Assembly (NCBI GenBank): GCA_963695345.1
Contig: OY968769.1
Coordinates: 160,001-224,000 of the forward strand
Source of the DNA: an uncultured Methanomassiliicoccales archaeon
GTDB taxonomy: Archaea; Thermoplasmatota; Thermoplasmata; Methanomassiliicoccales; UBA472
DNA length: 64,000 nucleotides
Direction of reading: 5' to 3'
Shown one piece after another: positions 11,514 through 22,643 of the stretch. Numbering within the stretch: position 1 is the stretch's first letter; each line of letters starts with the position of its first letter. The notes beneath the pieces are model-generated. The model saw only the letters and a program-made list of their open reading frames with translations. It had not been told where the DNA came from and searched no databases. The position numbers and the translations under genes are program-made.

Positions 11514-11858
11514 ATGATAAAAATGATCGAATACGGAGATCTCTCAAAGGATGCAAAACAGGTCTTAAAACTGACCATGGTTTATCCACATCTGAGTTCC
11601 AACCTTAAGGCGGTCATGGATATGGGAGAAGGCCCGTCGATGGACGACCCATTCTTCAGGAACGGCCTCACCGAGTTGAGGAACGCGGGACTGATCGACC
11701 TGAATTCCCCGGTTTCCGATGACAGGCTGCTGACCCCCCTGGCCTACCAGATCGTGCCGAAGGAGGTCCTGACGAACACCCTGGATGAGGCGAGAAGGTC
11801 CCTGAAGAAACTGATGGAGGACAACTCCTTCAGCCAGAAAGGAAGATCATTCTACTGA
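11514..11858 (+). CDS. Hypothetical protein, possibly winged-helix
   Basis: Intact 114-aa ORF with host-like codon usage. The LTELRNAGLI...LTP pattern resembles a wHTH wing. Confidence 0.5.
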   Translation: MIKMIEYGDLSKDAKQVLKLTMVYPHLSSNLKAVMDMGEGPSMDDPFFRNGLTELRNAGLIDLNSPVSDDRLLTPLAYQIVPKEVLTNTLDEARRSLKKLMEDNSFSQKGRSFY

Positions 11859-12116
11859 GGATCGGCTAGATGGTGCCGGTGATGGGACCGGCAAAAGAAA
11901 CCCCCTAATTTTTGAACGGGTCGATCCTTTATAGATCAATGATTAATGACCTCTCAGTTCTTCACGTCGTTGATAGACAGTCATGATCGGTGATGAAAAG
12001 GAACCGTTCATTGATCCCTAAAACGTGATCGGAATAGGCTGTTCCTTTCATCGTGAATTGTAGAAAAGTGAGGAAAGGGTTTCTAAGAGGTTGGGACGGC
12101 CAGCTGGCCGGTGGGA

Positions 12117-14591
12117 TCACTGCTTCCACTTGCTCTTCGGCTTGACCCTGCGCATCACCACTATGACCGCCACTGCGATCACCACTACCGCGATCACTCC
12201 GGCGATGACGAGCAGCATCAACGATGAGTCGTCGGTGGAGGCGGTGGAATATGCGTTGATCGAGAACTCCTGGGACATCACCGATGATCCTTCCGAGTTC
12301 ACTGCCACGACCTTATAGAAGAGCGTGTTGGTGTTGCCGACCGTCGTGTCGTTGAACAGCAACGACGTACCGGAGACCTCACCTACATAGGCTTCAGCGC
12401 CGGACGATTCACCGCGGTATATGACATACTTGGTGACGTCCGATCCCCCGTTCGATGTTGGGGATATCCAGGTCAGCCTGACGAAATGGTCTCCCCTGGT
12501 GCCGTTGACATTGGACGGGCTGGTCGGGGTGGTGATCGAGACCGCGTAGAGCAGGTCGCTGGTATTTGCCGCGTAGTAGCTCACGTGGTACCGGTCGTAC
12601 TTGTCCACCGCCATCGATAGGGATGCCCCGATCGGCGCCGTGTCCACGTCCGAGCTCATCCATATCCCGTTGACCTTCCCTATCACCCTCAGGGTCGAAT
12701 CGGACGGCGAGCCCAATGAGATGGCAATCTTCGGATTGCCCTTCGAGTCCAGGTTGATGGATGTGTCGGAAACGATCATGTTGGCCAGGACGATGTCCTT
12801 GGCGGACCAGCCCGATGCCTGGTATGAGCGGTACACCAGCTCGTTCGTGCCCACGATGTAGTAGCTCACGTGGATCTGGTTAGCGGTGTCGATGAGCACG
12901 GACAGCCCGGAAACCACCCGCGGATCGACCACGGAGTTGATCCAGGTGCCATCCTTGTTGGTCACCATTTTCAGACCCTGTGAGGTCGTGTAAACGATGT
13001 AGACCTTGTTGTTCGAGTCCAGGAGGATCGTGGCGTTGGTGTTCATTATGTGGTCGGTGTCACGCGGATTGATGCTCTTGCTGTCGTTCACGTATTCCGC
13101 GACGATCAGGTTCTGGCTGGAATCATCGCGGTATGCGATGAACAGCGTCCCATTGCCCCCGACGACGATGGAGCTGACGGAACCGAACTCTCCGGTGTCG
13201 ACGGTGCTCAATACCCAGTTACCGTTGGCGTTCGTGGCGTACTTGAGCTGGTTCGCGCTGTTGTTGTAGAAGCTGACATAGACCTTGCCGCTCTGGCTCA
13301 GGGCGAGAGCTGGTTGGATTGCGTGGTTGGATATCAGCGCGTCCTGCCATCCGCCGTTGGCGTTGGTCACATAGAACAGTTTGGTGTCATTCGGATCGGT
13401 CCTGTCGGTGTACACGATATGGGTGTTGCCGGCACTGTCCATCGCCATGACGTTCTGTGAGCCTACGTCCCCGACGGTCTCCAGCACGTTCAGCGCCCAG
13501 TTCGAACCGCTCGATGTCACATACATCAGGTGGCTGGAGGCGCTCATATAGGCCACGTGGACCTTGTTGTACGAATCCATGTCAATCGAGCATACGCCGT
13601 TGGAGTATACCGACGAATCGACGACATAGGTCGTCCATGCGCCCGCCGCATATTTGGCGTACTTCAGGGTGGCGTTGGCCTTGTCATAGTATGCCAGGTT
13701 CATATCGAGGTTCGAGTCCATGGTGATAGCCGAATAGGGCGCTCCGATCACCGCATCGACGTCGACCGGGGCAGACCAGGAACCGGCGCTGCCTTCGATG
13801 CTCTTCAACAGTTGGTGCGTCTGGTCATAGTAGACCACCATGACCTTGCCCGATACATTGTTCATCGAGAGGGCGGTGAATGGCGCCACCAGTCCGGTAC
13901 CGGCTATCTGCTCGTTTCCCCAGATGCCGTTGGCGTTGGAGGCGAATCTCAATTGCGAGTTAACGCTCTCGTAGTAGCTGACGTAGTTCTTTCCATTGTT
14001 GTCCACACCTATCGAGATCCCCTGACCGGAAATCCCCGTGCTGTCGATGACAATGGGTGCGCTCCAGATGCCAGCGACCCTTTCCGCGTACATGACCTTC
14101 TGACCGTTCGAGTCCTGGTAGGCCATATGGACGTTTCCGAGGGGTTCGACGGCCAATGAGACATACTTGCCACCGGAGTCAACAATGGTCGGAGAAGACC
14201 AGGAACCGCTTGTCTTGAAAATGTAGTTGAGCTTATTGTTGGCGCTGTCATAGTATGCCAGATGGATCGTTCCGCTTGAGTCGGACGCTATCGAGCTGTA
14301 CATACCGTTGTTTGCTCCAGCTATCTGAGTGGTCTTCCAGGACCCATCAGCATTGGTGGCGTACATTAGCACAGACAGGCTTGAATCGAAATAACTTATG
14401 TGAATGAATCCCGAGGGATCAACCGTCTCGGAAAGCCATTGCTGAGTTGTGCTCTTGTTGTCTATCGTTCCCTTTTGCCATGAAACATCTGGCAATTGGG
14501 CCACAGCTGCTTGTGCCGGCGCGACCAGGACGAACCCGAACAGAATCGGGAGCATCATGATTGCCACTACGGCTGCTATCTTTGCCTTCAT
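12117..14591 (-). CDS. Cell-surface beta-propeller-repeat protein with FN3 domain and C-terminal membrane anchor
   Basis: Signal peptide (AQA), ~14 repeats of D..G..HI.Y......L.YA....G.W, FN3 (LTWISPTSNGGSDVTKYVIYR), TM plus basic tail. Confidence 0.85.
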   Translation of the reverse strand: MKAKIAAVVAIMMLPILFGFVLVAPAQAAVAQLPDVSWQKGTIDNKSTTQQWLSETVDPSGFIHISYFDSSLSVLMYATNADGSWKTTQIAGANNGMYSSIASDSSGTIHLAYYDSANNKLNYIFKTSGSWSSPTIVDSGGKYVSLAVEPLGNVHMAYQDSNGQKVMYAERVAGIWSAPIVIDSTGISGQGISIGVDNNGKNYVSYYESVNSQLRFASNANGIWGNEQIAGTGLVAPFTALSMNNVSGKVMVVYYDQTHQLLKSIEGSAGSWSAPVDVDAVIGAPYSAITMDSNLDMNLAYYDKANATLKYAKYAAGAWTTYVVDSSVYSNGVCSIDMDSYNKVHVAYMSASSHLMYVTSSGSNWALNVLETVGDVGSQNVMAMDSAGNTHIVYTDRTDPNDTKLFYVTNANGGWQDALISNHAIQPALALSQSGKVYVSFYNNSANQLKYATNANGNWVLSTVDTGEFGSVSSIVVGGNGTLFIAYRDDSSQNLIVAEYVNDSKSINPRDTDHIMNTNATILLDSNNKVYIVYTTSQGLKMVTNKDGTWINSVVDPRVVSGLSVLIDTANQIHVSYYIVGTNELVYRSYQASGWSAKDIVLANMIVSDTSINLDSKGNPKIAISLGSPSDSTLRVIGKVNGIWMSSDVDTAPIGASLSMAVDKYDRYHVSYYAANTSDLLYAVSITTPTSPSNVNGTRGDHFVRLTWISPTSNGGSDVTKYVIYRGESSGAEAYVGEVSGTSLLFNDTTVGNTNTLFYKVVAVNSEGSSVMSQEFSINAYSTASTDDSSLMLLVIAGVIAVVVIAVAVIVVMRRVKPKSKWKQ

Positions 14592-15024
14592 TTTCGTATC
14601 CCATCCCCTTCGCACCTTAGGTGCAGATCTAGGTCAATAAATAACACTATGGATATTTATATTGTGGCTCGCCTTTTGTGGACGATTCCTGGAATATGAT
14701 GGCGAAGTATCGGCCAGCAATATGAATTTGTGCAGTGGACTTTATCGTATTTCCTAATCGGAAAAAGTCATGAGACAGGGGAATGGACGCAGGATTTGAA
14801 TATGATCGGTTAGATCGGTCGATGGCTTTCTGATCGGGGTCCGTCAATCTCTGCGGTCAATGATGCAATGCAGACATCAATGACCGGTCTAGACCCTGAT
14901 TGTCAATTTATTACATCAACATTGTTAACAAAACTCAAGAGCTGGCCCTGACCGAAACATTGAACATCATCGAAATCTAATTGAAATTGACGCATGAAAG
15001 ACCGGTTCAATCCGTTCACAAAAC

Positions 15025-15699
15025 ATGTCGCCACTGAGAAGGATCTCATTGTTGGCGGACGTGCTCAATATCCTTACCTTTGTCTCGATGCCATCCTTCA
15101 TTCTGTACGACCAGGTGAGGGGTGCGGATTACATCCTGGGGACGGGCCCTGATGCGGCCGCCACCTTAGGCGGTATTCTGGAAATCATCGTAGCCCTCGC
15201 AGGCATAGGAACCGCCGTGGTGCTGTTTCTGATGCTCAGGAAGCAGAATGAAACTCTCGCGCTCGGACTCGTCGGCTCACGGATTTTGGAAGCCGGCACC
15301 ATCTTTGTCGGTGTCGCGTTCATCCTATCGATAGTCAGTCTGCGGCAACCGGGGCGGGATCAGATGCGCTGACCATCAGCAAGATGCTGTTCACGCTTTA
15401 TGACCGCATATTCCTACTCGGACAAAGCTTCATCCCGGCGATAAACGACCTGTTATTGGGATTCTTGTTGTACAAATCGCGGCTGGTGCCGCGAGCCCTT
15501 TCCCTGATCGGGATCGTCGGAGCGGGACCCCTTGTCTTTGCCTACCTTGCCATCATGTTCGGCCTCATCGGACAACACGATTCCTCGATCGGGTTAGGCG
15601 CGCTGCTTGTTCGCGGTATTTGAATTTACCCTGGGTGTCTGGCTCATCGTCAAAGGTTTCGATCCCAAGGCCGTCGCGAAATTGGAGTCTGAAGGATGA
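15025..15699 (+). CDS. DUF4386-family membrane protein (frameshifts near 15350 and 15615)
   Basis: SRILEA, LLYKSRLVPR..S.IG and EF.LG.WLIVKGF motifs across three frames. Confidence 0.7.
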
Positions 15700-16649
15700 T
15701 GCCGTACTGAGTTGGAATGGGTTGCATATAGGGCGAAGCGTACCAACGGGCTGGTTTGGTCATATGAATACCAGAGCAACTATGTCAGTTCCTTATCAGG
15801 AATATGACCAATTTAAATCAGACGAGCTTTGACCGAGAATTCAAGAATCATGAGCGGACAGATCAATTACGCACAACCATTGGAGAAGGAGGCAAATGCC
15901 CGGACCTTTTCAGAATCAGGATGATTGGCAAATAGTATGAGAAATCGGATTTGGTAATGGTTTGAATTCAATTCAAACGATGACGAGATGAAATCGATTG
16001 TCTTTCAGTTTGTTTGCCAATTCGCTCGGCATATCATGGTTTTATCGACTAATTTTGCATCGATGTAACCATTAATTATTAAGTTCAGACCTAAACAATA
16101 ATCGTGTGTTGAAAATGTCCCGAATCGATCTTGATCGAGCCTTGATCATGGAGTCGCCAATGCCGTCCTTGAAAATTGCTCGAAATCCGACTTATAAATA
16201 GTTTATTTTTTATTAATAATATTACAATATAACAATTACATTTTATTATATTTATATAGTAACTATTTTCTTATTATAGATAATTTAATAGAAATATGAT
16301 CTAAAACGAATTGGGAAACATTTATTAGTGATTGAACTGTAGAAAAGAAAAAGTAATCATGTCCATTGCTTGGATTGCAGAAGCATATCGAATTGTAATC
16401 AATGTTAAACAGCAATTGAATCTCATGAATACCATTAGAATCTCAATCATTAATGTGTAAAATATTCCCAAAAAAGTATCCAATATTCTATATTTATAAC
16501 AATGAATTTATTGATTATTGATATTAATATATTATTATCTATATTTACATATTCCATGATTATACACTGCAACAATTCTCTGAATGGTCAGCAGGAGGAC
16601 AAGATTCGACTTACTGAAATTCTATATTAGAGGTCCGTTATCCTAGGGC

Positions 16650-17291
16650 GTGCATCTCAGCATAGCTTGCGATTTCGACGGGACAATTACTACCGTAGAT
16701 ACGGCCGAGTTAACCCTTAGAAAATTCGCTGCCGGAAAATGGGAAGTTTTCGATGCCCTTCTTGAAGAAGGGAAAATATCCCTCGAAGAATGCATGGTAG
16801 AACAGTTCAAACAGATCAAGGCCCCGAAAGAGGACATCATAAGAGTTCTCGACGCTGCGGTTGGACTTAGACCAGGCATTGAAAACTTGATCGAGTTCTG
16901 CAAGAACAAAGAGATCGAGTTCACAATTCTAAGCGCAGGCCTTGACTTCTACATCGACCATATCATCACGAAATACCGATGGGATCAGGTCAGAAGGGTG
17001 TCCGGCAAGACAAACATGGAAGACGGGATAGTTGTGGAATTCCCAAAACATCATTTTTCCGATTCCAGGACCTTCAAGGAAGATTTCGTCCGGGTCCAGA
17101 AAGAAATGTCCAAGGATGTATGGTATCTTGGAGACGGGACGTCCGATCGGGAAGGGGCGATTGCCGCCGATATGGTTTTCACAGTCACCGGTTCTCGACT
17201 GTCTGAGATAATGAAAGCGAAGGGGAAGATCCATCGGGATTTCCAGGATTTCTTCGAAGTCCTCACATTACTGAAGAATTCCCTGGCGTAG
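16650..17291 (+). CDS. HAD-IB family phosphatase (MtnX-like)
   Basis: DFDGTIT, ILSAG and YLGDGTSD motifs. Confidence 0.85.
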   Translation: MHLSIACDFDGTITTVDTAELTLRKFAAGKWEVFDALLEEGKISLEECMVEQFKQIKAPKEDIIRVLDAAVGLRPGIENLIEFCKNKEIEFTILSAGLDFYIDHIITKYRWDQVRRVSGKTNMEDGIVVEFPKHHFSDSRTFKEDFVRVQKEMSKDVWYLGDGTSDREGAIAADMVFTVTGSRLSEIMKAKGKIHRDFQDFFEVLTLLKNSLA

Positions 17292-17590
17292 AGTGGAACT
17301 TTCCTTCTTCATCCCATAATGGCCTAAATGTTCCTTCATGGATGACTCAGGTCCTTCGAATGTACATATTGATGAAAATTGTGAAATAGTTTAGCATGTA
17401 TTGATAATTAACAAATTATTATAGCTACAATCTAAACCGTTCTCATCCCAATTTTAATAGCTTAAGATAAATCATCTCTCCCAGGTTCATCTTTCTATCC
17501 TACGACTGAGGACTCTTCGTTTTCGAGAATGTAAGTTTGGCGAATCCTATTATCATATCCCGCAGCATTGATTGATAAGGCGAACATCCT

Positions 17591-18983
17591 TTGAGAACTG
17601 GAATCAAAGACGAGAAGCTTATTCTTGTTTCATCCATGGTGGTAATTGTCGTAGTCCTTTCTGCATTCGGCTATGGATGGATATCTCGTGAGGAGTCCAG
17701 GACCGGAGGTATGGGCGAGAAATGGCATGTGGCAGTCTCTGATACATACCAACCGGACTTGGATATCATAAGACCGGATGGGTCAATGCTTTTCACCGAT
17801 ACCGAACATCACCTGATATCACTGGTCGATCAAAATGGTGTAGCCATATGGACCCATTATTATGGATCAGAGCTGATCTACCGACAGGTTGTGGGCAACG
17901 ACATCTACCTGATCGATGTTGCGAAAAATGGCAATTACTCCTTGGAATGCATCGACCTGAACGGCGTTTGGAAATCCTCGACGCCTTGCCCGGCGGTCTT
18001 TGGTTTTGTTCCCGGAGACGACGGCGCAATCTACGCCTACGGTTATGAAAACGGCAATTCCTCTATATACAATATAGAAGGAGGATCGATCAAATGGATC
18101 TTCACTCTGAACGGATCGTTGGGTGTCTACAAGGTGTGGAATGATGGAAATGTCCTACTGAAACACATTCACTATGATTCAGACTACGTCATCAATTCGT
18201 TAAGAATTGGCTATGACGTGGATGAGGCGATATTAATTTCCCCGGAGGGCGTTGCCCAATGGACCGTGCAATTTCCCACGGAGCACGGATTCTACGGTTC
18301 ATCCGATGCCCATGTCGCGGACAACGGAACGATCTCATGGCTTACCAGTATGATGGGATGAGACAGACCCGGGGATACTCGCTGGTTGGTGAACTGCTCT
18401 GGACCATCGAATGAGACGATCAACCTGTCATCTCCTGAGGAAGCCCACTATGGATGCCAATCCATGGGCGGCGATAGTCGACATGAGTATATCGAAAGGA
18501 TCTACAAGGCGGATCAGGCCAATCCCTCCAACAACTGGGAAATATTGTTGAATGACACCATGGGTGGTTCGATCTATAATCTGGAAGGGATCGAGGTATT
18601 CTTGTCGAACGATGGCCAGGCGTTTGGTATCGACCCGAACGGTACACTGCTCTGGCATATCACCACAATGGTGAGTAGACACCCCTCAGTGCTCTGTCGA
18701 CCCAGAACAGGGTTTGCTGGTACGATCGGATAGCCTGGTCACGAAGATCGGCTTGGATGGATCATACTGGACCTACGATGGGCTGGACTCATCCGTCAAG
18801 GATGTGAGGTTCGGGCCGAACAGCACTGTATATGTATTGACCGATGACAAAATGGTCGTTCTTTATAGACCGACCGTGTCCACCCCGACCCAATACCTGA
18901 TCGTTATGCTATCTGTGGACATGCTGATAGTCCTGAGCTCGGGTGTGTGGATAGCAGATCGGATGATGAAGAAGCCGTATTAA
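17591..18983 (+). CDS. Membrane-anchored PQQ/BamB-like beta-propeller protein (frameshifted)
   Basis: N-terminal TM, repeated D.NG...W motifs over three ORFs, C-terminal TM plus KKPY. Confidence 0.6.
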
Positions 18984-19033
18984 AAATGCGAATCCCAGTG
19001 CCTGCCCTTGGGAGGGCAGGTGGGGGGTTCGGG

Positions 19034-19189
19034 TTATTTCTGTTCAGTTGTATTCGATTGGGCCGATTCGTATAGATCGGACAGTTCGTTGAGGAACTGA
19101 TCGTATGTCTTCCGGAACTTCAGTTTGTAGAGCCGGTCCCGTGTCGCAGGTGTCACCTGTATGCTGGTTTTCTTCTCCTCTTCGTCCAT
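19034..19189 (-). CDS. Small ribbon-helix-helix-like DNA-binding protein
   Basis: TSIQVTPATRDRLYKLK..KTYDQFLNEL matches the archaeal RHH/antitoxin pattern. GGAGG RBS upstream. Confidence 0.65.
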   Translation of the reverse strand: MDEEEKKTSIQVTPATRDRLYKLKFRKTYDQFLNELSDLYESAQSNTTEQK

Positions 19190-19639
19190 GTTGATCATTT
19201 GCCTCCGAACGAAGAGTCCCATCCCTTCGATTAGCTAACCCCGCCATAGCGCCTATAGCACTATGTAATTTGAATGACACTATAAAACAATGCCTGTTAA
19301 ATTTCCATATATTGTATATCAGACCATATGCGACAATTGAAATGATGGTCCAATTGTCCCGTACAATGCCGATGATATTGTGGAGAACGATAGTTTGTTG
19401 TGCAGAATTGCGTAAAATAGTGAACAACGGTCTCCCGAATGTCTACTTGTTAGGCAGGCTTTTCGCACGAAAAGCCCAGGATTTTCGTGCACGGGAGCTC
19501 GAAGAGCGAATTGTTCAATTTAACGGCGTTAAGAGCATTTTCCCTAGACCGCTCTCGATCAACCTATCGAGCGATCTTGGCATTGAATGATATGGTGTTA
19601 GCACTGTACATGGTCCTTTCGATTGATAGACATTGTCTA

Positions 19640-20456
19640 TCACGGAGCCGGACTTCTTCCCTGTTCCTCGAGATCGCGCAGGTACTTCAAGCGCCGGGCG
19701 ATGTAGGGTCCGCTTTCCTTTCCGAACGGAACGTACTCGGAGACGAGCAGGTTGTTCTGCGCAAAGGCTAGCTTCGTCCGGTCCGCTAGACCCTTTGAGG
19801 AAACTGAACTCGGTCCTGCACGGATCGACCACCCCGGAGAGCTCCATCCAATCGAGCAACTCCGAGTCGTGCGTCGCTACGCAATAGGGTTTGGCCAAGA
19901 AAGTGAGGGCTTGGGTCAGCAATTTGTAGCTTTCGCCGATCATGTGCCTATCGGCGGTATCGCCGAGGTAGGCGCCCTTGACCAGTCGGAAACGTATGTT
20001 CTCGAGGCTGGACAATTCATCGAGGTCGTCCAATGTCCTCTTAAGATATGCTTGAAGTGCCAGTGTGACAGGCATGCCGGCGGCGGCACAGGCTTTGGTG
20101 ATTGAGATGGTTAGGTCAACGCTCTGTTTCCCTTCCATGTCGATCTCGAACCCGACCGCCTTGTCAAGGGCCGCCCTGGCCAGGTCCATGGTGTTCTTTT
20201 TACACAGATCCTCATCGAACATCCCACCGAGGGCGCTGAGCTTGATCGAGATCGATGCGTTGAGCTTGTTCTGGTGTGATCTGGCCTATGCATTCCAGAT
20301 AGGCTGCCTTGGCAGAATCGGATCCATCTTTTGTGGTGGCGAACTCTCCCAGCACGTCTATGATGCATCTTATTCCCTGGGAATTCCGGGCCCGGCACCA
20401 TTCCAGTGTCGTCGCCCAATCGGGGAGGGTCCAGCGGTCAGGTTTCCGACGTCCAT
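19640..20456 (-). CDS. Proline dehydrogenase family protein (several frameshifts)
   Basis: IDVLGE, SIKLSALG, IDME, QAYLKRT, RLVKGAY, VATHD and EYVPFG...YIARR motifs. Confidence 0.85.
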
Positions 20457-20506
20457 GCAGTAGGTAGCGAAATCATGCCAATAAATAGGTATCATACGTC
20501 GAGCCG

Positions 20507-21349
20507 TCAAAGGACCGCCGGAGGCTGGATCTCCGTATCTAGGATCTTCACTCGGCTCTTCTTCTGGTCACGGATCCGGGAAGACAAGAGCCTCTGGACA
20601 TCGTTGAACGTGGGAATGTCGACAATGGCTCGGTGGGTTGTTTTCACCATGATGCCGTCCCAACGCCTGAAACCGGCATAGGCTGGGTTCCTCAACAATC
20701 TGGATATGGAGTAGATGGTCCATCCGTTCCCCCTCCGGGTCCGAACGTCCTTCTGGTTCAGCCCCTCCGCGATCTCCTTCATCTTCCGGCCGGCCAGATA
20801 GGAGGCGAAGACTTCCCTCACGACCTCGGCCTCGGCCTCGACTATGGCGAGATCGTCCTCCTTGATGCAATAGCCATATGGAGGGTTGAACCCCAGCAGC
20901 CCGGTTCCCGACTCAGCCTTCTGGGCCATGCCCATGTAGGTCCGTTCTCCGATCTGTTCCGATTCCAGTTGGGCGATGCGCTGGATGATATCTACCACGA
21001 AACGGCCGACGGCGTTGGAGGTGTCCAGGGACTCGTTCATGCTGGTGAACTTCTTGCCCCATTTCTCCAGGTCCTCCATCATGGTCATGAAGTTCTTCGA
21101 GTTACGGTGGATACGGTCCATCTTCATGACCAGGATCAGGTCCCAGCGGTCCTTGTCCGCCATCATCCTTTGGTATTCTGGCCGCTTGGTGTTGCGTCCG
21201 CTGTGGCCATCATCGATGTAGAACTCGACGATATCCCAACCCTGAGCCTCACAATAGGCCGCCAGCCGTTCCTTCTGGGCGTCCAGAGAATAGCCCTCTC
21301 TAGCCTGATCGTCAGTGGAAACCCTGGTATAGATCGCAGCTTTCACCAT
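20507..21349 (-). CDS. Serine recombinase (resolvase catalytic domain plus recombinase DNA-binding domain), copy 1
   Basis: IYTRVST (catalytic Ser), SGRNTKRP, KMDRIHRN, PPYGY, IAEGLN...W...I..LLRNPAY. Confidence 0.92.
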   Translation of the reverse strand: MVKAAIYTRVSTDDQAREGYSLDAQKERLAAYCEAQGWDIVEFYIDDGHSGRNTKRPEYQRMMADKDRWDLILVMKMDRIHRNSKNFMTMMEDLEKWGKKFTSMNESLDTSNAVGRFVVDIIQRIAQLESEQIGERTYMGMAQKAESGTGLLGFNPPYGYCIKEDDLAIVEAEAEVVREVFASYLAGRKMKEIAEGLNQKDVRTRRGNGWTIYSISRLLRNPAYAGFRRWDGIMVKTTHRAIVDIPTFNDVQRLLSSRIRDQKKSRVKILDTEIQPPAVL

Positions 21350-21447
21350 GGCCAGTTCCCATCATTTTCCAGTTTGGTTAGTATCGCGGTGACTCGATTT
21401 AGATTTATAGTCATATGATAGGGCCGATATCGAATTGTATGGCTTGA

Positions 21448-22281
21448 TCATACCGCCGTCACGGTCGCCTGTGCCGATACAGGAGTAGAGGATCCAGGCA
21501 TTTTTCTTGAACATTTGGCGAGAAGTTCCTGGACCTCTTCATATGTCGTCATGTCGACGATCTGGGCGTGCTTGCCCTTCTGCAATATCATGTCCCAAAC
21601 GGAATAGCCAGTGTATATCCGGTTGGTGAGGATGCCATAGACGGTCGCCTTCTCCCATTTGGAGGCGTGCTTGGTCGGAACCTGCAAGAGGTTCAGTCTG
21701 GCGGCTATCTGGGATAAGGTGCAGCAGTCCTGGTAATCCTGGAATATCTGCCTGACAACCTCTGCCTCACCGGGTATCAATACCAGATCGTGCTCATCCC
21801 AGGCATAGCCATAAGGAGCGGGGAAACCCAAGAGACCTTTGCCTTTCTTGGCCTTCTGGGTCATGCCTACCTTGACCCTTTCACCGATCTGTTCAGATTC
21901 CAGCTGGGCAATGCGCTGTATGATATCCATGACGAAACGGCCCATGGCGGTTGTGGTATCGAAGCTCTCCTGCATCGAGTTGAACTCCTTGCCAGAATCC
22001 TTGAGCACGTTCATCATCAGAGTGAAATTGATCGAGTTACGGTGGATACGGTCCATCTTCAGAACCAAGAGAACATCCCACTTGTCGATCTCTGACATCA
22101 TCGATTTGTATGCTGGTCTTTCAATCGAACGGCCACTGTGCCCTTCATCCACATATTCGCCCGCGACCGCCCATCCACGCGCCTTGCAATAGGCGTTGAG
22201 CCGTTTGACCTGGGCTGCGATGCTGAACCCTTCCTTTGCTTGGTCTTCCGTCGAAACCCTGGCATAGAGAGCAGCACGCAT
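21448..22281 (-). CDS. Serine recombinase, copy 2
   Basis: LYARVST, SGRSIERP, KMDRIHRN, APYGY, IAARLN...W...V.GILTNRIY. Confidence 0.92.
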   Translation of the reverse strand: MRAALYARVSTEDQAKEGFSIAAQVKRLNAYCKARGWAVAGEYVDEGHSGRSIERPAYKSMMSEIDKWDVLLVLKMDRIHRNSINFTLMMNVLKDSGKEFNSMQESFDTTTAMGRFVMDIIQRIAQLESEQIGERVKVGMTQKAKKGKGLLGFPAPYGYAWDEHDLVLIPGEAEVVRQIFQDYQDCCTLSQIAARLNLLQVPTKHASKWEKATVYGILTNRIYTGYSVWDMILQKGKHAQIVDMTTYEEVQELLAKCSRKMPGSSTPVSAQATVTAV

Positions 22282-22293
22282 CGCCTTCTCACC

Positions 22294-22358
22294 TTGTCAG
22301 ACATTATTGGCTCAATAATCAATAATAATCCGACAATAAGCCGACATCTGTCTGACAA
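22294..22358. promoter_or_regulatory. Nested inverted repeats upstream of the recombinase pair
   Basis: TTGTCAGACA (22294-22303) / TGTCTGACAA (22349-22358), ATTATTG-gct-CAATAAT (22303-22319), and three (C/T)GACA units ~10 bp apart. Confidence 0.6.
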
Positions 22359-22643
22359 CTATTAATATCCTTCATCATCAATTATCATTCTAGACATCAT
22401 ACATATAATAATTTAGCTAGTTACGTTACTATAATAAATAATGCTTGATGGTTCCATTATTGAAAGCTATTTATTAATTGAAAACCTTGTTTGACATTAT
22501 TTAATTAATCAAATAACGATAATACATTCATTATTATCAGCCAATCCCTTTCCGAAACTTTAATACCCAAGATTGAATCCTCGTGACTACGTCGCAAGGG
22601 ACATTGTAGGATCCTGAACGGCAATATTAATGGGGGCCGTATC

